A DNA stretch of 64,000 nucleotides from Octopus vulgaris (taxonomy: Eukaryota). Both the position numbers and the translations under genes were made by a program. The stretch covers positions 15,996,001 to 16,060,000 of the forward strand of contig OX597840.1 of the NCBI GenBank assembly GCA_951406725.2, in the 5' to 3' direction. The notes under the pieces were generated by a model. It made no database searches. It was not told the DNA's origin and saw only the letters and a program-made list of their open reading frames with translations. This document shows, piece after piece, positions 48,790-59,867 of the stretch. Numbering within the stretch: the stretch's first letter is position 1; each line of letters opens with the position of its first letter.

Positions 48790-51345
48790 CGTACGCATTA
48801 TATATACAAATGTATACAAATTATATATATATACATATATATATATATATAAATAAATACAGATATATACACTTTGTATATATACATTATATATACATAT
48901 TTATATATAGAACACACACACACATAAATTAACCCAATAAATATCTGATTCATAATAATTTGTTCTCATGATTCTGTGGTGGTGGTGGTGGCGATGATAA
49001 TTCTCTCTATGAATGCAGACAGATGTAGAGAGAGAGAGTGACAGCGCTGGCGAATGCGGCGGAGGAAAGATAGTAGACGCTGTGAAGCGACGTTATAGAG
49101 AGAAAGTGAAAGGAAAGGAGGAAAGAGAGATGGAGAAAGACAGGCAGATAAAAGAATGAGAGTAGACTTTCTCTATGAATGCAGACAAACGTAGAGAGAG
49201 AGAGAGAGAGAGAGCGCTGGTGAAGGCGGCGGAGGAAAGATAATAGACGCTGTGAAATGATGTTATAGAGAGAAAGTGAAAGGAAGGGAGGAAAGAGAGA
49301 GAGATAGAGAAAGACAGGCAGATAAAAGAATGAGCAGACTTGTCAAAGTGTGCGTTTTTTGCCCTAGTAATCCACACCTTTTAAGATAGGGATTTCTAAC
49401 CTAGCCACTCGCATCTTCACCTCATTTTACATGTCTCTGTAAATTTTGGAGTCAATCCGACAGGATCTAGTGGCCTTTAACCCGTTCCAATGCCAAAACC
49501 AGACAAACTTTTCGCATTTCAGAATTATATAGACTAGCTTAAGGTGACCCACTCTACGCGCGGGTGATGTTTTGGTTGTTGGACCAATGTATTAATGTAG
49601 CATTGTTTTAAAACGAAAGAGGCAATGCATTTATTTCTTAAAAAAAAAAAAAAAGACAAACGTCTGCCAATGGGAAGACAGTTCATATTCGATTAGAGCA
49701 CTCTGGGTATAATCATAAAATTGAAAAATGGAATTTCGGAGGCGAATATTGTCAAGGACTCTAAAAAAATAAAGTTTTTTAACCTGCAGGAAGATAGTTT
49801 AAACCAAAAAAGGCAGACTGTAAACTCACATCTGCAATAGTGTATGAAATTAGAATTCACACCCAGCTCAGTTTTGTAGAAAGTGTATCGCAATGTGAAC
49901 GCATGGGTTGGGAGTTTGACTGACAGAGGTTATATGGTGACACATGCCAGTCCTTTCGACACCACCTAAACAATGGAACAGTGTATAAAATGTAATTAAC
50001 AACTCATTCACAAAACCGTTCAATGGAGACGTAGAAGGAATCGGAAAATGAGGAATAAAGAGACAAATGAGTTGGATCAAATGTTTGCAAACATCTTAAC
50101 CCAATCTTCTTTATGAACCATGTTCTTTTTAATGTCTTTATTTTTAAGAATGAAGTGATAATCAAGACGTGCAGAAGAAACGACAATCATACAGTGAGAG
50201 GGGTGGTGGAAGAAAGAGTAACAGACACTATCAAATGATGTTATAGAGAGAATGTGAAAGGAAGGGAGGAAAGAAAGAGGGACGGCGGAAGAAAAGGTCA
50301 TATATGAAAGAGAGAAGACTTGTCAAAGTGTGTGTTTTTTGCCCTAGTAACCACACCTTTTAAGATAGGGATTTCTAACCTAGCCCACTCGCATCCTCAC
50401 CTCATTTTACATGTCCCTGTAAATTTTGGAAGAAAGAGTAACAGAGAGACGGCAAAGCTGTCAAACGTAGTTATAGAAAGAAGGTGGAGGGAAGGGGGAA
50501 AAGAGGGAGAACGAGGAAGAAAAGGTGATATATGAAAGAGATGACTGAAAAATAAAATATTTTGAAGCCTAAAGATGATTTGGTTTACAATGAGAAAACG
50601 AATGAAATAGTTAAGAAGTAAATATTTAAAAACTGGAAAATTTTTCAAATTTACCAACAAATTTTTGTCAACGACGGTTGCCTTGAGCATACAAATAAAT
50701 TCTTTAAATCTTTTATCCACGCAAAATAACATATCTTCTGATAAATAATATCTGTTATAATTATGCGGTGGTGGTGGAAGATAATAATTCACCTTTCTGA
50801 TAGACCAGTGGTGGGAATATTTAAACTTTTGCGGCTGTCACGTTTCAAGAGAAAGTAATAATGAGTGAATGAGAATAACGACGAAGGGTTTAAAAAGCGT
50901 AAAAATATTTAATGCGGCAGAGGAAAGATAGTAGACACTATCAAACGACGTTATAGAGAGTGAGAGGAAGGGAGGAAGAGAGAGAGAGAGAGAGAGAGAT
51001 GGAGGAAGACAGGCAGATAATAGAATTTCGATGGCAGCGGGGGAAAGATAATAGACGCTGTGAAACGACGTTATAGGGAGAAGGTAAGAGGTAGGGAGGA
51101 AAGAGAGAGAGATGGAGAAAGACAGACACATAAAAGAATGAGAGTAGACTTGTCAAAGTGTGCATTTTTGGCCCTAGTAAAGACACCTTTTAAGATAGGA
51201 ATTTCTAACCTAGCCCACTCTCATCCTCACCTCATTTTACATGTCCCTGTAAATTTTGGAGTCAATCTGACGGGATCTAGTGCCCTTTAACCCGTTCCTA
51301 TGACAAAACTAGACAAACAAACTTTTTGCATTTCAGAATTATAAT
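47868..51345 (+). mobile_element. Two tandem non-autonomous Helitron/Helentron-like (DINE-1/HINE-style) units
   Basis: Shared start act(a/g)..cttaaggtgacccact..cgcgcgg at about 47868 and 49533; shared end acaaactttt.gcatttcagaattata at about 49530 and 51345; internal blocks repeated at about 49330, 50317 and 51146. Confidence 0.55.
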
Positions 51346-51361
51346 ATATATATATATATAA

Positions 51362-51510
51362 TGGGAAGGTTTACGAAAATAAACAAAAGACGAAGGCAGG
51401 TGGAGTACAAACAAACAAATGTATTAGTATGGCGCTCAGGAATAGAAATAGAACAAGTCTTTTACGTTTCGAGCCTACGCTCTTCAACATAAAGATACAC
51501 AGAGGAAAGA
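51362..51510 (-). mobile_element. Short Penelope-type terminal-repeat fragment with minimal HHR-like motif (51458-51495, C3 mutated)
   Basis: Reverse match to 54700-54850. Confidence 0.7.
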
Positions 51511-51638
51511 TTTGGATGCTGTTTCTAGCAAGTAGAATGACCAAAAACAGGTCCTCTGAAGGTTTATTCCTGAGAGTTTTTTTTTTTATGTTTATATTTG
51601 TCCTTAATTTTCTTCTACTAGAACAAATCTGAAAAGAA

Positions 51639-51691
<53 letters not shown>

Positions 51692-51794
51692 TATATATTG
51701 GTAAAAACTGTAAGATAACAAAAGAAAGAAAGAGACCTCAATATTATGTAAATAGAGGAAATTTATGTGTAAAATAATGTGACAATTATTCGGT

Positions 51795-51866
51795 AGCCAT
51801 GATAAAACTCTGAGTTTCAGATGCCGAGGTGGAAATCCACAACACCATCTCTTCGGTTATCTGGCC
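51795..51866 (-). ncRNA. Hammerhead-like motif (CCGAAGA core) in the PLE 3' terminal repeat
   Basis: ggccagauaa-CCGAAGA-gaug...cauc-u-GAA-ACUC-a-GAGU-U^uuauc-a-uggcu. Confidence 0.6.
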
Positions 51867-53370
51867 ATCTGAAAAACGCTATGAAAAAAGACCATTATAC
51901 AAAGGGAAATTATTGTGTTATAGTCCGCTATTATATAAAAACGCTAATTCAATGACCGCCAATTAAAATAAGGTTAAAAGTTCATAGTAAACATGTAAGC
52001 ATGCCTGCTCATGCGCACACGTGCGCTCGTGCACCCATGTGCGTACGTATACATCACTATGAAAACGTATACATCTTCACTTGCATTTTTTACCAAGTGT
52101 ATATGCATATATATACAAACTCATACACACACACACACACACCATAAAAGTTCATACATACGTCTACATATGCACAAACACAAGACATGGTTAAGGGTAA
52201 CAATACAAAAAAAAAGCATAAGGAAGTATACAAACAGTAAACCATGTTCATATATGGACATACCCTTATGCATGCATGCATGCACACACACACACACACA
52301 CGCGCGCGCCCATATATGTACATACCCGCACATGTTTATATACGCATACACACACACATGCACAAAAAAGGATATACATACACCCCAAAAAACTGGAAAA
52401 ATTGTAAAAATACTGAGTAAAAACGTTTATATATATATATATATTCTTATGCCTGCACACATGCACACATTTATATACATAAATACCCGCCCACTCGTAC
52501 ATATTCACACATGTGTATATGAATCCATATACACGTCTATATAGGTACAAGGAAAAATGCAGGATGGAAGGTAGAGTACAGAAAAAATTATTGTGTATAA
52601 ATATAAAAATATATATATGAAAAACATAAAAGGTATAATGAGATAAAAAAAACTTTTGCGTGGACATAATATAGAAAACAAGTTCTATCTGTAGTCTTGG
52701 GGGCACCAAAAACGTAACAAAAATTTGGTCACATATGGGCATGATCCGAAAAGTTCTGTCCTTGAGTTTAGACATGTAGCAGGGTCTAAACTGCTTTTCC
52801 AGATAAGCCATCTTTCTATGTTGCATAGACCGCACTTTCTGCTGTCGTTGGTGTAGGGCTTACATTTGGCTAAAATCTTCCAATGGATGTTGTAACTAAC
52901 ACCTTTATCTTTTAATGACCATATGTGATTGGATAATTTTGTTGCTTTCCTTTTGTCCCAGTGCCTAAAACTCAAAGTGTGGTTATTGAACCTGGCCTTG
53001 AAATTACCTCCTGTAAGGCCCACGTATTTCTTCGTCGAAACGGTGTCTTTAGTGGGTATAGAGTCCACGGTAGCTTCGTAGATGATGGTCTCAGACATGC
53101 AAGCTCCATTTAGTGGGCACAATTTTTTATTCCTGCATGAACATCTGTTTTCGTGTTGTGTTTTTTGTGTGTTATGTGTGATTATATTTTTTAATTTGGT
53201 AGTTGAACTAAAACTAATTTTTAAATTGTGTTTATTGAAGAGCTTCCTGTAAGTATAGTTAACTGGAAAATGTCTATCTATCATTGAATTATTGTTTTTA
53301 TATAAGTAGCAGACTATAACACAATAATTTCCCTTTGTATAACGGTCTTTTTTCATAGCGTTTTTCAGAT

Positions 53371-53442
53371 GGCCAGATAACCGAAGAGATGGTGTTGTGG
53401 ATTTCCACCTCGGCATCCGAAACTCAGAGTTTTATCTTGGCT
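53371..53442 (+). ncRNA. Hammerhead-like motif (CCGAAGA core) in the inverted 5' repeat copy
   Basis: Same fold as 51795-51866; about 10-bp stem I ggccagauaa / uuaucuuggcu. Confidence 0.6.
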
Positions 53443-54415
53443 ACCGAATAATTGTCACATATTATTTTACAGATATATATAAATATAAAAGAACACAAAT
53501 AAGGTTCACTACAGCTGTTTCATACAGGTTTTTTTGCTGATGAATAAATTGACTGCATCATGATAGAAACCATTTCCTTCAGGTGAATTAAAAACTTGGT
53601 TCAGAAAATACCGAGATGTGGAATGTATGTGGACCCTCTTACTTTGGCAGATCCCTATGTTGTATCTGGAACTCACAGTAGATTGTGAAATTGCATACCA
53701 GCCTGCATGTGTATATAATTTCATATACACGTATACTTATATGGTTGTGTGTAATGATTTGTTCATGTACATGTATAAGTGTTAACAGATGTCTGCATAC
53801 GCATTGAAATGAATGTCAGTATACAGTATATACACAGCTGTGCTAATCTTGACTGACCATATGTCCTTCCTTTTAAAATACCTTGAATCAAATGAATCCT
53901 ACAAAAGTTACAGGATGAAGTACTGAAGGACAACCTGGGGGCACTGAACTTATCAGATGAGATAACAAAGGACTGAGATACTAGGCACCCTGCTGTACTC
54001 AAAATGACCCATACTCCACAGTAGAAGTGTTAAGGCCACCCTGCCCCACCACTCCAGTGCAGTGGATTGGCCTGCAAGAATTCTGTGCTGGCACCACATA
54101 AAGAGCACTGCTAGTGCTGCATAGAAAGCACTCGGTTCACACCGTAAAATGGTTGGTGTTTGGAAGGGCATCCAGCAACAAAAACAATCCCGAAACAAGC
54201 TGTGCTGGTGCCATGCAACAAAGCACTAAGTTCACTCTGAAAGGTGGTTGGTGTTAGGAAGGGCATTCAGCCATGAAAACAAGGCTAAAACAGACAGTGA
54301 ATCCTGGTACAGCTCTCCTGCTTGCCAGCCCTGGTCAAACCATCCAACCCACGCCAGCATGGACAACAGATGTTAAATGATGATGATTATATATATATAT
54401 ATATGTATATGTATA

Positions 54416-55020
54416 TTCTTTTATTTGTTTCAGTCATTTGACTGCGGCCATGCTGGAGCACTGCCTTTAGTTGAGTAAATCGACCCCAGGACATATTCTT
54501 TGTAAGACTAGTACTTATTCTATTGATCTCTCTTGCCAAACAACTAAGTTACGAAGACGTAAACATACCACCATTGGTTGTCAAGTGATGTTGGGGGAGA
54601 CAAACACAGATACACAACCATATACATACGTATACATATATCGCCATGTTGATTCATTAGCTACTGCACGCATTTTTTTTCTCTCCTTCTTTCTGTGTTT
54701 TTCTCTCTCTGTGTATCTTTCTGTTGAAGAGCGTAGGCTCGAAACGTTAAAGACTTGTTTTATTTATATTTCCTGAGCACCATACTAATACAATTGTTCG
54801 TTTGTTTTCCACCTGCCTTCGTCTTTTGTTTATTTTCATAAAGCTTCCCGTTATATATATATATATATACACGACAGGCTTCTTTCAGTTTCAGTCTACC
54901 AAATCCACTCATAAGGCTTTGGTCGACCCAAGGCTATAGTAGAAGACACTTGCCTAAGGTGCCACGCAGTATGACTGAACCCGGAACCATGTGGTTGGTA
55001 AGCAAGCTACTTACCACACA
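54416..55020 (-). mobile_element. Family B SINE with an HHR-bearing insert (about 54643-54850) in its microsatellite
   Basis: SINE tail half 54416-54640 and head half 54870-55020. Confidence 0.8.
54716..54753 (+). ncRNA. Minimal type I hammerhead-like motif, CUGUUGA core variant
   Basis: ucuuu-CUGUUGA-a-GAGC-guag-GCUC-GAA-ACGU-U^aaaga. Confidence 0.6.
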
Positions 55021-55312
55021 CATTATACACACACACACGAAGGTGCATGGATCAGTGGTAATGGTGTTGCACTCACAATTTCAAGATCATGGGTTTAATT
55101 CTCAGACCGGGCATTGTGTTGTGTTCTTGAGCAAAGCACCTCATTTCCTGTTGCTCTGCGATCATTTTGTCATCTGACATGTGACACCCATTGCACCTGT
55201 ACAGGTAATGTCGATTTCATGGGGTGGGGGATGACCTTGTGTCTACACAAACAAATCATCTGTGTAATAAGAAATAGTGGAACCCTCATATGTCATCTAA
55301 CGAAGGGAGGGT

Positions 55313-55360
<48 letters not shown>

Positions 55361-55567
55361 TGCATACATATATATATCGTTTAGACATTGGAGTAGGATG
55401 TGATGCTCCAACCAGTTGGATCCCATCACACCATCCAACCAATGCTAACATGAAAAGCGACCATAAAGTGATGATAATGATGGTATGGGGTTGTGCCTAT
55501 TGCAAAATGATCCAATGGCATTATACGTTTGCTTCAAGGAAGGTCCAGAATCGAAACAAAAACTTAC

Positions 55568-55631
55568 TTCTCGCTCCTCCATCAAAGCCATTGCACTCTC
55601 TCTCATCGGTAACATATGTTCATTTTGTTTC
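55568..55631 (-). CDS. USP20: USP20/33 exon: (R)KQNEHMLPMRESAMALMEERE
   Basis: AG/GT flanks, 64 nt, phase 2 to 0; bridges the USP and DUSP1 exons in frame. Confidence 0.88.
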
Positions 55632-55960
55632 CTGGTTGAAGGGAAGAAATACAGAAATAAATATCTGACATAAAAAAAACAAACAAATAAAAACAAAACA
55701 AGTAGAAAATGTTCTAAATTCAACCCCTGCTGACGTCAACTTGTTTGTCTTTCATCCTTCCTGAGGTTGAGAAAATAACTGTAACTAGTTGAAGCACAAA
55801 GTCAGCAATTTTGAAGGGATGGGGTTAGTCAATGCCGCCAACACCAGAGAGGTGAAAGGCAAAGTTTACCTGAGTAGAATTGAAATCAGAATATAAAGAA
55901 TCATAATAACTACTACAAATTTTTTCCATCTGATGCTCTACCATGTGGTTGAGAAGCAAG

Positions 55961-56014
<54 letters not shown>

Positions 56015-56369
56015 AGGCACAATGGTCCAGTGGTTAGGGACACATGGTTTCGATTCCCAGACTGGGTGTTGTGAGTGTTTATTGAGCGAAAAACACCTAA
56101 AGCTCCACGAGGCTCCGGCAGGGGATGGTGGCGAACCCTGCTGTACTCTTTCACAACTTTTTCTCACACTTTCTTCCCGTTTCTGTTGTACCTGTATTTC
56201 AAAGGGCCAGCCTTGTCACACTTTGTGTCATGCTGAATGTCCCCAAGAACTATGTTAAGGATACACGTGTCTGTGGAGTGCTCAGACACTTGCACATTCA
56301 TTTCACGAACTCGCTGTTCCATTGATCGGATCAACTGGAACCCTCGTCATCGTAAGCAACAGTGCCACT

Positions 56370-56400
<31 letters not shown>

Positions 56401-56616
56401 TACAAGGGGTGTTGAAAAGTTCCTTGCTTTGGGTATAATAAAATACAGGAGGACCAGTTAATTATGATTTTATTCAACATATTCCCCTTTCAGATTTACA
56501 CACATATTGCAGCAGTCGTTCAGTTTTTCTAAGCCCTGTAAATATACTTGGAAGGTTGGGCCTCCAACCAGGTCTTTCATGATACCCTTAAAGCCAGAAA
56601 CTTTTCAGGACCCCTC

Positions 56617-56618
<2 letters not shown>
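56401..56618. mobile_element. Mariner-type MITE
   Basis: TIRs tacaaggggtgttgaaaagttccttgcttt / aaagccagaaacttttcaggacccctcat. Confidence 0.8.
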
Positions 56619-56652
<34 letters not shown>

Positions 56653-57078
56653 CAGGCTTCTTTCAGTTTCTATGTACTAAATTACTTAATCACTCACAAG
56701 GCTTTGATTGGCCCAGAGCTATAGTAAAAAACATTTGCCTAAGATGCCATGCAGTGGGATAGAACTAGTGACATGTTTGGGACACAAGCTTCTTAAAAAC
56801 CACACAGCTATGGCCACACCTGACATAGAATTGGTAGATGATATAAACATGGTGATAAAAACTGTCAAACCAGTGTTTTCATATACCTGTATGGTATATG
56901 TTCAACCCATGTTGTAGAGACACTCCCTTATTATTCACTATTGGTGATTTAGTGACACAGGAAGTCTTCAATGACCAAAGATGTTCCCAAGCTACACAAT
57001 AATAATTAAATAAAAACTTTAATAACTGTGCTGTCCCAGATATGTGAATAAAGAAAGGAAGAATGAAAGTGGACTCAC

Positions 57079-57205
57079 CTGTAAAAAAGAACATAGGCAC
57101 TGGAACTAAGAACTTGTTGGAAGTCCACCTCTGTGACATATTGGTCATCAAACTCATACCATTGCTCATTTACATAATTCAGACAATATGCTGTATAATG
57201 GCCTC
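57079..57205 (-). CDS. USP20: USP20/33 exon with catalytic His/Asp box: (G)[41 protein letters not shown](R)
   Basis: AG/GT flanks, 127 nt, phase 1 to 2; USP His-box motif. Confidence 0.97.
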
Positions 57206-57857
57206 CTGGCAGAGAGACAGAGAGAGGATGAGAGGAGATATCAGAAACGTTTTATAGTACATTGTGTCTTAAGCGAATTAGTTATTAATTACCTCCCTTC
57301 TATACCAGTTGCACCAGAGAAAATTAAAGAAGTAGGTAGCTGGTATGAAGGTAGAGAAAGACAGTTAAGTGGAAAGACAGACAAACAGGTAGATGGAGAG
57401 ACAGATTAGGTAAGTAGGTTGAGAGGTAAAGAGACTGACTGACTGACTGACTGACATACAAACAGGTGGACAGAGAGAGAGACACACACAGGTAGATAAA
57501 GAAAGGAGAAACATGGATAGATAGAGAGTAAGAGAGGCAGATGGAGGGATGGATAGGTGAGTGGAAAGAGAGACAGGCAGGTGGAGAGATGGACGGGTGA
57601 GTAGAAAAACAGACAAGCAGATGGAGAGATGAACAGGTGAGTGGAAAGAGAGACAAGCAGATGGAGAAATGGATAGGTGATTGGAAAGATGACAGGCAGA
57701 TGGAGAGAGGTAGATAGCTCATCTGACAGAATTGTAGGTAGACAAAAAGTTACTGTTCACCCAAACGTTAGGATAAAATTTTCACAGAGAGTGACGAATT
57801 CCAGCACACACAAACACACGTTATCACAAAATCATATTACTTTGTCTTTGTTCTTAC

Positions 57858-57923
57858 CTCCGGCAGTTCCATGGTGACATATCACAGACATTAGATCATA
57901 AGACGTAACTTCATCTTGACAAT
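57858..57923 (-). CDS. USP20: USP20/33 exon: (D)CQDEVTSYDLMSVICHHGTAG
   Basis: AG/GT flanks, 66 nt, phase 1 to 1. Confidence 0.95.
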
Positions 57924-58034
57924 CTGGAAAGGCACGAAATATAAATTTTATTTCAATTTAAAATATATCAGTTGATGTTGAAAGTTAGACATTTTGCTTG
58001 GTTTGATAGTAAACAGCTTAAAAAATGAGCACTC

Positions 58035-58406
58035 TATCAACTGGCACATAAAAAGCACCGTTTGAGCATGATTATTACCAGCATCGCCTTACTGACACGT
58101 GAAAAAACATTCAAGTGAAGTCATTGCCAGTACCGCTGGAATGGTCTCCTGTGCAGGTGGCATGTGAAAAGAAACGCCATTTGAGCGTGGCCGTTGCCAG
58201 TACCACCTGACTGGCCCTCATGCTGGAGGTGTGTAAAAGCACCCACTACACTCTCGGAGTAGTTGGCATCAGGAAGGGCATCCAGCTGTGGAAACTCTGC
58301 CAGATCAAATTGGAGCCTGGTGCAGCCATCTGGTTCACCAGTCCTCAGTCAAATCGTCCAACCCATGCTAGCATGGAAAGCAGACGTTAAACGATGATGA
58401 TGATGA
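58035..58406 (+). mobile_element. RTE 3' UTR/tail fragment
   Basis: Same tail family as 7985-9184; further fragments at about 30325-30480, 54080-54387, 59250-59520 and 60815-61115 (-). Confidence 0.75.
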
Positions 58407-59755
58407 GGTTCCAGCTGATCCAATCAACAGAACAGCCTGCATGTGAAATTAACATGTAAAGTGGTTGAGAACTACATTAAGGGTACTTGGGCACACGTTC
58501 CCTTAGTATCATTCTCAGGGAGATCCAGCATGACAGTATGACATAGCTGTTCCCTTTGAATTACTGGTACAACTCAATTTTGCCAGCAGAGTGAACTGGG
58601 GCAACATGAAATAAAGTGTCTTGCTCAAGGAGACAATGTGCCACCGAGTATTGAACTCACAACCTTACGATTGTGAGCCAAGTACCCTAACCACTAAGCC
58701 ACTTGCCTTCAGTAAACAGTTTACAGTAAGTTCATTCCTGATCTCTCTCTCTCTCTCTCCAGACGGGTAGCCTTGTTCTCCCTCTACAGCAAGACACCTG
58801 TTTCTATCTTTCTCTTTACTCTTTTACTTGTTTGTCATTAGACTGTGGCCATGCTGGAGCATCGCCTTTAGTTGAGCAAATCGACCCCAGGACTTATTCT
58901 TTGCAAGCCTAGTACTTATTCTATCGGTCTCTTTTGCCGAACCGCTAGGTGACGAGGCTGTAAACACACCAGCATTGGTTGTCAAGCGATGCTAGGGGGA
59001 CAAACACAGACGCAAACACACACACATATATATACGACAGGCTTCTTTCAGTTTCCATCCACTAAATCCAGTCACAAGGGCTTGGCCGGCCCGAGGCTAT
59101 AGTAGAAGACACTTACCCAAGGTGCCATGCAGTGCGACTGAACCCAGAACCATGTGGTTCGTAAGCAAGCTACTTACCACACAGCCACTCCTACGCTTTT
59201 CTGTCTCACTATAAACTTTTTTTTTTATCTTACAAATACTTGGTGACCCTGTCAGTGCAGGTGCTACATAAAAAGCACTAAGTCCACTCTGCAGAGTGGC
59301 TGGTGTTAGGAAGGACATCCAGCTGTAAAAACCTTGCCTGTGCTTGTGTCACATAAATAGCACTAAGTCCACTCTGCTGAGTGGCTAGTGTTAGGAAGGG
59401 CATCCAGCTGTAAAAATCCTGACAAAGCAGTCACAGAAGTCTGGTGCAGGCTTCTGTCTGGATGTTGTGAAACCATCCCACCCATGCTAGGATGGAAAGC
59501 AGACGTTAAACAATGATGATGTGAACTGGTATGGCCATATGATTAAAAAGTTTGTTTCACAACTGTAGGGATCCAGGTTTGATCCCATACTCACAGCACC
59601 TTGTATATATGCATCATCTACTGTAGCCTCGAGTTGACTAATGCCTTGTGAGTGAAATTTATAAAAGTATTGTTTAATTAGAAACACCATTGCTTACCTT
59701 TATAAACATTATAACTGATTGCTACATTATTTAATAAATTAACTGCAATACTTAC

Positions 59756-59867
59756 CTTTATGAAGATATGGTTTCATGTTTAAACCTTCCAGCGGAAAAG
59801 AGACATATGTGTTAATCTTTGAAGAGTAAAATTCATGTCGGAATCTCTTCAAGTGAATACACAAGAT
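59756..59867 (-). CDS. USP20: USP20/33 exon: [37 protein letters not shown]
   Basis: AG/GT flanks, 112 nt, phase 0 to 1; USP IHLKRF motif. Confidence 0.96.

Larger units (their letters stand above)
51700..53471 (-). mobile_element. 5'-truncated Penelope-like element with GIY-YIG endonuclease and inverted terminal repeat
   Basis: ORF part 52685-about 53285: CSCRNKKLCPLNGAC..IIYEATV..YVGLT..FKARFNNH..TKLSNHIWSLK..CGLCNIE..LNSRTE. Inverted repeats 51768-51955 and 53281-53471. Confidence 0.92.
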
